Assembly (NCBI GenBank): GCA_050302495.1
Contig: JBNLBP010000001.1
Location: 191,269 to 255,268, forward strand
DNA from: Candidatus Pacearchaeota archaeon
Lineage (GTDB): Archaea; Nanobdellota; Nanobdellia; Pacearchaeales; GW2011-AR1
Direction: 5' to 3'
DNA: 64,000 nt
This document shows, piece after piece, positions 37,355 through 46,385 of the stretch. A program made the translations under genes and the position numbers. The notes under the pieces are model-generated. The model did no database searches. It saw only the letters and a list, made by a program, of their open reading frames with translations, and was not told the DNA's origin. The first letter of the stretch is position 1. Each line of letters opens with the position of its first letter.

Positions 37355-38458
37355 ATGTCTGAAGAGGTTGGTTATGGGGAGGGGAGATTTTGGAGTTTTT
37401 CTTTAAGGAAAAATTTAGTTTATTCTTTTATAGTTCTTATAGTATTACTATTTGTATTAATTTTTGTTTCCTACCTTGTGAATGTCAGTCGGATAAATAC
37501 AATGAGCTCTGTTGAAACTTGTGGGGATGGGGGTTTTGTTGGAACTTGTTCTATAAATAAACCTTATTATTGTAGTTCGGATGGACAATTGGTAAGGAAC
37601 TCAAATTTTTGTGGTTGCCCCTTTAATTCTTCTAAAGTAAATGGAGATTGTTATAGTTCTTATTCTGTTGCGGCTAAAGAAATTAACCTTAGATATCTTT
37701 TAGATGGGAAAGAAAACTCTTTTTCTTTTAGTGTTTATGGGGGATTGGATAATTATCTTTCTTCTCTTGACCAGTCGATAAAGTACCAGGCTTCGGAGAT
37801 TTCTTCTAGGGCAGATTTCAAATTAGATAAAATTAATGAAGATGTTCAGAGAGAATTTTTGATGCCATTAGTGGTGGAAATACAGAATAGAGCTCCTGAC
37901 AATAAAGATGATCAAGCTAGAATTGCGATTAGTCTTGTTCAGAATATTCCTTATGGACAGTCAGATAAGACTTATTCTTTTGCAGGACAGGAGGTTCCTT
38001 ATTCGAGATACCCTTACCAGGTTTTATATGATAATGAAGGAATATGTGGTGAGAAAACAGAATTGCTTTCCTTTTTATTGAGAGAAATTGGTTATGGCGT
38101 TTCATTCTTTTATTATTTGGATGAGAATCATGAGGCTTTAGGTATTAAATGCCCTGTTTATGAAAGTTTTTCAAATACAGGATATTGTTTTATTGAAACA
38201 ACTGCCCCTTCTATAATTGGTGATAGCGGTATTAATTATGTTGATTTAGGAAATCTTTATTCAGACCCTGAATTGTTTTTTATCTCGGAAGGTTTGACTT
38301 TTGGAGAGGATAATTTTTATGAGGTTCGGGATGCAAAGAGGCTAAATAGAATAAGGAGTTTTATTGATAATTATGGTTGGATCGGTCCTTTGAGAAGGAA
38401 TCTTTACGATAGACTTAAAATTAAGTATAAGTTGGTTGACGAATATTATGGAGAATAA
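37355..38458 (+). CDS. membrane-anchored Cys-rich protein with possible transglutaminase-like core
   Basis: N-terminal TM (FIVLIVLLFVLIFVSYLV), a Cys-rich stretch, and GICGEKTELLSFLLREIGY plus a downstream His/Asp resembling a transglutaminase-like Cys-His-Asp core. Weak. Confidence 0.45.
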   Translation: MSEEVGYGEGRFWSFSLRKNLVYSFIVLIVLLFVLIFVSYLVNVSRINTMSSVETCGDGGFVGTCSINKPYYCSSDGQLVRNSNFCGCPFNSSKVNGDCYSSYSVAAKEINLRYLLDGKENSFSFSVYGGLDNYLSSLDQSIKYQASEISSRADFKLDKINEDVQREFLMPLVVEIQNRAPDNKDDQARIAISLVQNIPYGQSDKTYSFAGQEVPYSRYPYQVLYDNEGICGEKTELLSFLLREIGYGVSFFYYLDENHEALGIKCPVYESFSNTGYCFIETTAPSIIGDSGINYVDLGNLYSDPELFFISEGLTFGEDNFYEVRDAKRLNRIRSFIDNYGWIGPLRRNLYDRLKIKYKLVDEYYGE

Positions 38459-38460
38459 TT

Positions 38461-40194
38461 TTATTCTAAAATAGCTTTTATTCTTCTTATTCCTGCACTT
38501 GAAGATTCTTCTTTTTTTATTTTGAATTTTCCTAGTTCTTTAGTGTTGTTTACGTGGGGCCCTGTGCAAATCTCTTTTGAATACCAGTCTTTTGAATTAT
38601 TTGGTTTGTGTATTGTGTATACAGATACCATTTCAGGATATTTTGTTCCAAATTCGGATTGTGCTCCAGATTTAACTGCCTCTTCCAAAGGGATTTCTTC
38701 TCTTGTTATTTCTAATCCTGATTGGATTATTTCGTTCATCTTTTCTTCAATTTCAGTTATTTCTTCGGGGGTTATTTTTCGGGGAAAGGTGAAGTCAAAT
38801 CTTAATCTTTCGGGAGTTATGTTTGATCCACGTTGTTTTATGTTTTTATCTTTGAGTACGAACCTTAGGGTTTCATTAAGTAAATGTGTTGCTGTATGGA
38901 GCTTTCTTGTTTGTTCTGAATTATCTGCTAGGCCTGATTTAAACTTCCCTTCTGATGCTGTCCTTGATAAATCCTGGTGTTTTTTGAATTCAATATTGTA
39001 TTCTTCTAAGTCTATTTTTATTCCTTTTTCATTTGTTAGTTCTTCGGTCATTTCAATTGGGAATCCGTAAGACTGGAATAGTAAAAATGCTTCTTTTCCT
39101 GATATTAAATTATCTTTAGACATCTGTTCGAATTTTTTAAGACCTTTTTCGAGTGTTTGTAAAAATTTTTCCTCTTCTTGATCTAATTCTTTTATTATCC
39201 TTTTATGGTTTCTTTTTAATTCTTGGTGATCTGTGTATTCTCTTATTATTATTTTTGCTATTTTTGAGAGGAAGTTCTTTTCTCGGATGTTTAATTTTTT
39301 CCCATACCTTATTGCTCTACGTATTAATCTTCTTAATACGTATCCTTGATCTGCGTTTGAAGGCACTATTTGTTTATCATCTCCCAAAATAAATGTGGCT
39401 GTTCTTATATGATCTGCAATAATCCTCATATACCTTTTTTCTTCTTGGTTTGATTTGGAGTAGTCTTTTTTGGATATCTTTTCTATTTCGCTTATTATTG
39501 GTTTGAACATATCTGTAAGGTAGTTATCATTTAGATTATTTAAAATTGCTAATGTTCTTTCTACCCCCATTCCAGTGTCAACATTTTTTTGTTGTAATTG
39601 TGTGAATTTTCCCTGGGAATTCTTATTGTATTCCATGAATACATTATTCCATATTTCTACCTTGTTTACAAAAATCTCTGTGTCTGGCCCACATGGTCCT
39701 GTTTGCCCTGCAGGGCCCCACCAGTTATCTTTTTTTCCTAAGAACTTGATATTCTTTATCCCGAGTGATTTCCATGTTTTTTCTGATAGAGTGTCCTTTG
39801 GAGCGTCTTTGTCTCCTTTAAAACACGTTACATAAATTTCTTTGGGAGATATGTTTAGTTCTTCTGTAAGGAATTCAAATGAATATTTTATTGACTCCTC
39901 TTTAAAGTAATCTCCTAAAGACCAATTTCCAAGCATCTCAAAGAAAGTATGGTGCGTTGTGTCTCCTACTTCCTCTATGTCTCCTGTACGGATGCATTTC
40001 TGTACAGAAACTAATCTCTTACCTAGAGGGTGTTTTTGGCCTAAAAGAAATGGTACTAAAGGGTGCATTCCTGCTGTAGTAAATAGCACAGTGGGATCAT
40101 TTTCGGGTATTAGGCTTGCGCTAGGAATATGTTGATGTTTTTTCTTTTTGAAGAATTCTATATACTTTTTTATTAATTCTGATCGTGTAACCAT
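38461..40194 (-). CDS. alaS: alanyl-tRNA synthetase, compact bacterial/eukaryal-type
   Basis: N-terminus IPSASLIPENDPTVLFTTAGMHPLVPF and HHTFFEMLGNWSLGDYFK closely follow bacterial/eukaryal AlaRS, not the archaeal-type N-terminus. Editing-domain HTATHLL and CTGPHV (HxxxH/CxxxH) present. Only 577 aa, with no C-Ala domain. Confidence 0.8.
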   Translation of the reverse strand: MVTRSELIKKYIEFFKKKKHQHIPSASLIPENDPTVLFTTAGMHPLVPFLLGQKHPLGKRLVSVQKCIRTGDIEEVGDTTHHTFFEMLGNWSLGDYFKEESIKYSFEFLTEELNISPKEIYVTCFKGDKDAPKDTLSEKTWKSLGIKNIKFLGKKDNWWGPAGQTGPCGPDTEIFVNKVEIWNNVFMEYNKNSQGKFTQLQQKNVDTGMGVERTLAILNNLNDNYLTDMFKPIISEIEKISKKDYSKSNQEEKRYMRIIADHIRTATFILGDDKQIVPSNADQGYVLRRLIRRAIRYGKKLNIREKNFLSKIAKIIIREYTDHQELKRNHKRIIKELDQEEEKFLQTLEKGLKKFEQMSKDNLISGKEAFLLFQSYGFPIEMTEELTNEKGIKIDLEEYNIEFKKHQDLSRTASEGKFKSGLADNSEQTRKLHTATHLLNETLRFVLKDKNIKQRGSNITPERLRFDFTFPRKITPEEITEIEEKMNEIIQSGLEITREEIPLEEAVKSGAQSEFGTKYPEMVSVYTIHKPNNSKDWYSKEICTGPHVNNTKELGKFKIKKEESSSAGIRRIKAILE

Positions 40195-40218
40195 GATTAT
40201 TCAAGAGCTAGAGAGTTT

Positions 40219-40434
40219 TTAAAAATTGTTTTCTTGAGAGTTTGGGATCTTCCTTAGCAAAGCATCAAGATGGGATTTTGCATTCTTTGTCGCATTTTCT
40301 ATACATTCTTTGAAATTTGTTTCTTCTTGATTTGGATCATATATTTTATACTTTAGAACTTTTTTTATTGCTGGATTTTCAATCACGTCTTTATGTTTTT
40401 CTCTTAAATATTCTAGACTATATTCATTGCTCAT
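40219..40434 (-). CDS. hypothetical small protein
   Basis: 71-aa alpha-helical ORF. Confidence 0.35.
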   Translation of the reverse strand: MSNEYSLEYLREKHKDVIENPAIKKVLKYKIYDPNQEETNFKECIENATKNAKSHLDALLRKIPNSQENNF

Positions 40435-40477
40435 GATTATCTATAATTTTCATGTATAAAAAGATTTGTGTAAAGAA

Positions 40478-40867
40478 CTATTCAAGCTGTTTTAGCTTTA
40501 TCTGTAATTCCATAAGTTCTTTTTCAATATCGCTTTGAGTCATATCTTGTCCAAAGATATCCTCTTTCTTTTCCTTCTTTTTATGTAGTTCTTCAACGTT
40601 TTCTTTAATTATGTCTGGTATCTTTATTTTTGGAAGAGTCTTGTTCAGTTTAGATATATTTGTTTTTGTTTCTTTTATTCTTTTTAGAAGCATTAATTTA
40701 AATTTTAGTTCCTCTATTCTTATTAAATGGAATCTTTTAACTGTTCTTAGAAGCTGAATCAAATTTCTCTGTGTTTCAAGAATATCTTTCTTAGATTTAA
40801 TTGCTTCCTGATAATTTAATTTTATATGTATTATCTCGTCGTTTGCCGGTTTTTTTTCTTTTTTCAT
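40478..40867 (-). CDS. coiled-coil protein, hypothetical
   Basis: 129 aa with heptad-like K/E/L periodicity. Confidence 0.4.
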   Translation of the reverse strand: MKKEKKPANDEIIHIKLNYQEAIKSKKDILETQRNLIQLLRTVKRFHLIRIEELKFKLMLLKRIKETKTNISKLNKTLPKIKIPDIIKENVEELHKKKEKKEDIFGQDMTQSDIEKELMELQIKLKQLE

Positions 40868-40869
40868 TA

Positions 40870-41475
40870 TTATATTTTTGAGAAAATATCCTGGTCTACT
40901 TTGTCTATTTGATTTTTAATTTCCTGGATTTGGTTTTCCCAATCATTTAATTCAGACTCTTCTTTTTGTTTTAATTCTTTTATGTCGTTAAGAAGGTCTT
41001 GTATTTCTGATATTTGTTCTTTTGCTTCTTTAAATATTTCAAGGCTGTCTTCAAATTTATCTAGTCTTATGAAAACGGGACCTTGTGTTTTGTTTTGAGT
41101 GTACTGTGATCTTACTTGAATAGGGTTATTTATCCTTGAAGGCATCTCTCTTTTTGAAGGAGCCCGCATTTCTGGTTCTTCTTGCAGAGTATTTGGCATC
41201 ATTTGATCTTCTTCCATATTCATGGAGTCATCTGCGTATTCCTCTGTCACCTCTTTTTCCCCAGCAACGGCTTCCTTGATCGTGTTCTGAGAAAATTTGT
41301 CCCCTGTAGAACTATTTGGGAAACTGGGTAACTTTGGAAGTTCCATGTTTTCATCTAACTCTTCTCCCATCTCGGGAAGAGAAGGTAATTTTGGCAACTC
41401 TGGTAACCTTGGAGCAGAATCTTGTCTGGCATTCGCCGACGGTTTTTTGTCCTCTTTTTTCTTAAACAATCCCAT
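40870..41475 (-). CDS. acidic protein with LPKLPS repeats and C-terminal coiled coil, hypothetical
   Basis: PRLPELPKLPSLPEMGEELDENMELPKLPSFP repeat region, then a coiled-coil C-terminus. Starts 3 nt after the previous gene. Confidence 0.45.
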   Translation of the reverse strand: MGLFKKKEDKKPSANARQDSAPRLPELPKLPSLPEMGEELDENMELPKLPSFPNSSTGDKFSQNTIKEAVAGEKEVTEEYADDSMNMEEDQMMPNTLQEEPEMRAPSKREMPSRINNPIQVRSQYTQNKTQGPVFIRLDKFEDSLEIFKEAKEQISEIQDLLNDIKELKQKEESELNDWENQIQEIKNQIDKVDQDIFSKI

Positions 41476-41591
41476 TTGACCTCTTTTAAATATTCTTTTT
41501 AATGTATATATGAAAGAATATAGGTTTAAAAACTTTATTTATTTTTCTTTTGGACCGAAAAGTATTTATTTCGGTTAAAATTGGATTTAAA

Positions 41592-42326
41592 ATGCTTAAA
41601 GATTTTCTAAGAGAAGTCGTTGTTATCACCGCCGGAAAACCCGCTGAACCTATTGTAGATTTACTTCATAGTTCTAAGCATGTTAATGAGTTTGTTATAG
41701 CAAAGAAACTTGACTTGACCATCAATCAAACTAGAAACATTTTGTATAAGATTTCTGATTTTGGATTTGTTAGTTCTATTAGGAAGAAAGATAAGAAGAA
41801 AGGATGGTATACTTATTTTTGGAAAATTGAAGTTTTGAAAGCTTTGGAGTTTTTGAAATCTTATACTCAAAAGAGACTGGACCAATTTGAGAACCAGGTT
41901 AATAGTAGGGAGACAAAAACATTCTACATTTGTGAGAGGTGTAATTTAGAGTTTAACGAGGATAATGCAATGAATATAGAATTTACCTGCCCAGAATGTG
42001 GGGATATTCTCTCTCTTAAAGATAACTCTAAGTTGGTTAAGGATTTCAGGAGAAATATGGACAAACTTAATGAAAAGATGGATTTAATTGATGCTGAAAT
42101 TGAAATTGAAAATCAGAAAATCGGAAAAGAGAGAGAAAGGCAGAGGAAAAAAGTTGAGAAGGAGTTGGCTAAGAAGAAAGCTGTTAAGAAGGCAATTAGA
42201 GATGCGGCAAAAAAAACAGTTAAGAAAAAGACTGTAAAAAAGAAATCTACTAAGAAGAAAACTCCTAAAAAAACCGTTAAGAAAAAGGCAGTTAAGAAAA
42301 AGACTATAAAGAAGAAGTCTAAGTAA
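41592..42326 (+). CDS. tfe: transcription factor E (TFE alpha) with lysine-rich C-terminal tail
   Basis: wH domain with KKDKKKGWYTYFWKI (TFE signature), zinc ribbon CERCN...CPECG, then about 55 aa of KKAVKKA/KKTVKKK repeats. ATG at 41592; the ORF-track start at 41550 is TTG. Confidence 0.75.
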   Translation: MLKDFLREVVVITAGKPAEPIVDLLHSSKHVNEFVIAKKLDLTINQTRNILYKISDFGFVSSIRKKDKKKGWYTYFWKIEVLKALEFLKSYTQKRLDQFENQVNSRETKTFYICERCNLEFNEDNAMNIEFTCPECGDILSLKDNSKLVKDFRRNMDKLNEKMDLIDAEIEIENQKIGKERERQRKKVEKELAKKKAVKKAIRDAAKKTVKKKTVKKKSTKKKTPKKTVKKKAVKKKTIKKKSK

Positions 42327-42358
42327 ACTTTATAACAATTGTTTGTTTTTAATTGATT

Positions 42359-43027
42359 ATGGCTTATGTATATACGATTAATGCTCCTGAGAGGAAAAAG
42401 AAATTTAATTTTAGTTTAAACACTTGGATTATTTTTATCAATGTTTTAGCATTTATTATTTTTACTTCTCTTCTTTCTTTAAAAGTTTTATCGATTGATT
42501 CGATAGCAATTAAGCCTTCAAATATTCTTACTGGAAAATATCTTTGGACTTTTATTACTAGTATGTTTATGCATGGTGGTTTTTTCCATTTGTTTGTTAA
42601 TATGCTTTCTTTATTCTTTGTCGGATCCCTTGTAGAGAAGCTTATAGGAAAAAAGAGATACCTTTGGTTTTATTTTATTTCGGGTATTTTTGCAGGTTTG
42701 TTGTTTGTTTTGACTGCTTTGTTCTTTGGTATTGATTTGAATACTTATGCAGTTGGGGCTTCAGGGGCGTTATTTGGTCTGGTTGGTTTGTTAGTTTTGC
42801 TTACGCCTAACCTCCCTGTTTATGTTATGTTTGTACCAATACCTATTAAGTTGAAATATGCTGCCCCTGGTTTGTTGGCTTTGCTTTGGATTATTTCTAT
42901 CTTGGGTAATGTTCCTATTGGAAATGTTGCTCATCTTGGAGGACTTATTGCGGGACTAGTTTATGGATTATACTTAAGAAATAAATTCAAGAGGAAAACT
43001 TCTTATATTAGGAAGCACTTTGTTTGA
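42359..43027 (+). CDS. rhomboid family intramembrane serine protease
   Basis: GASGALFGLVG (GxSG catalytic Ser) and AHLGGLIAGL (catalytic His) in a six-TM protein. Confidence 0.75.
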   Translation: MAYVYTINAPERKKKFNFSLNTWIIFINVLAFIIFTSLLSLKVLSIDSIAIKPSNILTGKYLWTFITSMFMHGGFFHLFVNMLSLFFVGSLVEKLIGKKRYLWFYFISGIFAGLLFVLTALFFGIDLNTYAVGASGALFGLVGLLVLLTPNLPVYVMFVPIPIKLKYAAPGLLALLWIISILGNVPIGNVAHLGGLIAGLVYGLYLRNKFKRKTSYIRKHFV

Positions 43028-43029
43028 TA

Positions 43030-43638
43030 ATGGTTAAAACAAAGGTAGACAAAAAAAGAGGGGAATTCTCTTTTAAGGATCAATACATTAAGAGTTGGAA
43101 TTATTTGAAGGAATCTAAGAATTTTGTTTATGCTATTCTTGTAATCTTTTTTGTTTTTGCTTTTATTGGATTTTTTGTTAAGACGCCTGATGAAATTTCA
43201 GATAAAATATTAAATTATTTTAAAGACTTAATAGAGATGACTTCTGGTTACGGTTTTTTACGTATGTCTAATTTTATTTTCTGGAATAATCTTAGGAGCA
43301 GTTTCTTTTCCTTGTTTTTTGGATTTTTATTTGGGATTTTTCCTTTTTTTGTAGCTCTCCTTAATGGTTATGTTTTAGGTTTTGTGGCTTCCCTAGCTGT
43401 TGATCAATCTGGGATTTCTTCTTTATTGAGTCTTGTCCCACATGGAATTTTTGAACTTCCAGCAGTTTTTATTTCGATGGGATTGGGTCTGAGGTTGGGT
43501 AGTTTTGTTCTTCAGAAGAATAAATCAGAATCTTTTAGGAGATATCTTTGGGAAGGTTTGAGAGTTTTTGTCTTTATTGTTTTGCCGCTTTTAATAATAG
43601 CTGCGTTAATAGAAGGATTTTTTATTTCTTTAAAATAA
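43030..43638 (+). CDS. SpoIIM/DUF95-like membrane protein
   Basis: LNGYVLGFVAS ... PHGIFELPAVFISMGLGLRLG pattern resembles the SpoIIM/DUF95 family. Confidence 0.5.
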   Translation: MVKTKVDKKRGEFSFKDQYIKSWNYLKESKNFVYAILVIFFVFAFIGFFVKTPDEISDKILNYFKDLIEMTSGYGFLRMSNFIFWNNLRSSFFSLFFGFLFGIFPFFVALLNGYVLGFVASLAVDQSGISSLLSLVPHGIFELPAVFISMGLGLRLGSFVLQKNKSESFRRYLWEGLRVFVFIVLPLLIIAALIEGFFISLK

Positions 43639-43641
43639 TTT

Positions 43642-43827
43642 TTACTCTCTAAGTCCACTTATTCCTACAACAACTAGAACTAATCCGATCAATAGAACTA
43701 TCCACATTATTCCTCCCTTAAGGAAATTTAATGCGGCTTCTCCGAAACTAAAGAAATTCAGTCCCCAGACGTAAATTCCTCCTAGAAGGAGAATTAGTCC
43801 GATTAATATTTGTAGTAGTTTATTCAT
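43642..43827 (-). CDS. small membrane protein
   Basis: 61 aa with two TM helices. Confidence 0.35.
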   Translation of the reverse strand: MNKLLQILIGLILLLGGIYVWGLNFFSFGEAALNFLKGGIMWIVLLIGLVLVVVGISGLRE

Positions 43828-43917
43828 ACTAATCTTTTGGTTTCTTCATTTTAAAAGATTTTTGTTTTGGAACATATATTTAGAAAACCTTATATACGTA
43901 CCTTATGTCGGGAAAAT

Positions 43918-44895
43918 ATGGCTACAGATGATATTGCTAGAGATAGTATACTTAAGGAAAGTGATAAGATAGGAGGAGCAATTATAGAAGGTTATGACTT
44001 TAACGAAGGTGTTGATTATGATAAGTTAATTGATAACTTTTCAAATATGGGTTTCCAGGCATCTCACCTATCTAAGGCTATAGAGATTGTTAAAGAAATG
44101 GTGGAATCAAAATCAAATATTTACTTGGGATATACATCAAATATGGTTAGTTCTGGTTTGAGAGAGGTTATTCGTTATCTTGTACAGAATAAGAAAATTA
44201 ATGTTTGTGTTACAAGTGGGGGAGGATTTGAGGAAGATATAATAAAATGCTTGGGAGATACTGTTTTGGGTGATTTTAGGCTTCCGGGTAAGGAATTGAG
44301 AGAAAAGGCAATAAATAGGATTGGAAATCTTCTTGTTCCAAATAACAATTACATTAAATTTGAGGAATTTACTATGCCTGTTCTTGAAGAAATTTATGCT
44401 GAACAAAAAGAAACTGGAAAAGTCTACACACCTTATGAAATAATCTGGAAATTTGGGGAGAAAATAAACGACGAGAAAAGTATTTCATACTGGGCTTGGA
44501 AGAATAAACTTCCTATTTATTGTCCGGCTATTCTTGATGGAAGTTTTGGAGATATGGTTTATTTCTTTAAATATAAACATCCGGACTTCAAGATTGATAT
44601 TGCGGAAGAGACAAAGATGCTTAATGAATCTACTTCTGGTTTAAAAAAATCAGGGGTTTTAATTTTGGGAGCAGGAATAATTAAACATGCTATACTTAAT
44701 GCACATTTATATAGAAATGGTGCAGATTATGCTGTTTATATAAATAATGCTCAGGAGTTTGACGGTAGTGATGCAGGTGCTGTTCCTGAAGAGGCTGTTT
44801 CTTGGGGTAAATTAACTCCTGAATCTAAGAGAGTAAAGGTTTATGGGGATGCGACGATTTTGTTTCCTTTGTTGGTTGCAAAGTGTTTTTGTTGA
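43918..44895 (+). CDS. dys: deoxyhypusine synthase
   Basis: VLILGAGIIKHAILNAHLYRNGADYAVYINNAQEFDGSDAGAVPEEAVSWGK is the characteristic DHS C-terminal region. ATG at 43918; the ORF-track start is TTG. Confidence 0.9.
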   Translation: MATDDIARDSILKESDKIGGAIIEGYDFNEGVDYDKLIDNFSNMGFQASHLSKAIEIVKEMVESKSNIYLGYTSNMVSSGLREVIRYLVQNKKINVCVTSGGGFEEDIIKCLGDTVLGDFRLPGKELREKAINRIGNLLVPNNNYIKFEEFTMPVLEEIYAEQKETGKVYTPYEIIWKFGEKINDEKSISYWAWKNKLPIYCPAILDGSFGDMVYFFKYKHPDFKIDIAEETKMLNESTSGLKKSGVLILGAGIIKHAILNAHLYRNGADYAVYINNAQEFDGSDAGAVPEEAVSWGKLTPESKRVKVYGDATILFPLLVAKCFC

Positions 44896-44949
44896 GTAAT
44901 TGTTATATTTCTCATAAAAGCTTAAATATTTCTTCTTTATGGATTGTGC

Positions 44950-46056
44950 ATGGCCGAACCTGAAGAGAAAAAAGAGAATGTTGAGGATCTTTTTGTTCCT
45001 AATAAGGATTCAATTAAAATAGATTTTGATCAGAAGGATTTTTTTGATGTTTTGAAGATGGTTGCTCCGGGCACATCTATTCGAGCGGCATTAGATGATT
45101 TACTTAATGCAGAGATGGGAGCTTTGATTGTTATTGATAATGGAAGGGTTTCTTCTGTGGTTGAAAAGGGTTTCAAGATTTATTCTAAGTTTTCCCCTCA
45201 GAAACTTGTTGAGCTTGCTAAAATGGATGGTGCAATTGTTTTATCTGGAGATGTTAAAAAGATCCTTTACGCAAACACTCTTCTTGCTCCTGATCCTCAA
45301 ATTCCAACTCGTGAGACTGGAACTAGGCATAAGGCTGCTGAAAGAACTTCAAAACAAACAGGTTCAATAATTGTTGCAATATCCGAAAGGAAGAGAAAGA
45401 TTACACTTTATTATGGAGATAAAAGGCATGAACTTAGAAAATCTTCAGAGGTTTTAAGAAGAGCTTCAGAAAATATGCAAATACTTGAGAAACAGAGAGA
45501 AAGTCTTAACGAATCTGTTTTAGATCTTAACGTTTTAGAATTGCAGAAGATGGTTACTGTTAACGATGTTTCTAAGGTGATTCAAAATTTTGAAATTCTT
45601 AAGAGAATCTCTTCTGTGATAAAGAAGTATCTTATTGAACTTGGTAAAGAGGGAGTTATTGTTAGTTCTAGATTAAGAAATCTTACTCAGGGATTAGATC
45701 GTGAAGAAGACCTTGTTTTAAGAGATTATTTTGCTTCAAATCATTCTAAAATAGAGCAACTTTTGGGGGAAATGGATCTTGATTCTCTTTTAGAAACTCA
45801 GGATATTTCGGATATACTTTTTGATGAAGTTTACGATATGAAAATTTTTCCTAGGGGATTAAGAATACTTAAGAAGACCAATATCCCTGAACGTTATATT
45901 GATTCTCTTGTTGCTCATTTTGGAACTCTTGGTAAAATTTTATCTGCTCGTTATGAAGATTTGCTTAGAATTTTCCAGAGTGAGGGCATGGTTGACTTCT
46001 TTAAAGAAGAACTTTATAATTTAAGAGAGAAAATTAGTTTTGGAAGAAAACTTTGA
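44950..46056 (+). CDS. DisA-like diadenylate cyclase (DAC domain protein)
   Basis: N-terminal DAC-domain signatures DGAIVL...GTRHKAAERTSKQTGSIIVAISE, followed by an about 200-aa helical C-terminal region. Confidence 0.7.
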   Translation: MAEPEEKKENVEDLFVPNKDSIKIDFDQKDFFDVLKMVAPGTSIRAALDDLLNAEMGALIVIDNGRVSSVVEKGFKIYSKFSPQKLVELAKMDGAIVLSGDVKKILYANTLLAPDPQIPTRETGTRHKAAERTSKQTGSIIVAISERKRKITLYYGDKRHELRKSSEVLRRASENMQILEKQRESLNESVLDLNVLELQKMVTVNDVSKVIQNFEILKRISSVIKKYLIELGKEGVIVSSRLRNLTQGLDREEDLVLRDYFASNHSKIEQLLGEMDLDSLLETQDISDILFDEVYDMKIFPRGLRILKKTNIPERYIDSLVAHFGTLGKILSARYEDLLRIFQSEGMVDFFKEELYNLREKISFGRKL

Positions 46057-46385
46057 TTTTTAGAAATATTTATAAGGTTGAGGCTCTTAGATTTTATATG
46101 AATTTCGGACATTGTAAGGCATGGAATCCTATGAATTACTTAGTCTGCACTTCATTTATTAAACTAAGACTCTCAATGTAATTCGGCTTTAAGGCTTGAG
46201 TTGAATGAGAGTATCGGTTTCTTCTTAAGCTTGAAAAGTAATTCATTGTTGGTTTTGGGTTATCAATTAAAATGGCCTCGAAACAAAGAATGGAAAAAGA
46301 ATATGTAGAAGGTGAGTTGAGCAAATTGCTAGAATCAACTCTTCGGTTGGAAGATGAGCTTAACGCGCTTATTCTTAGGTAGTTT

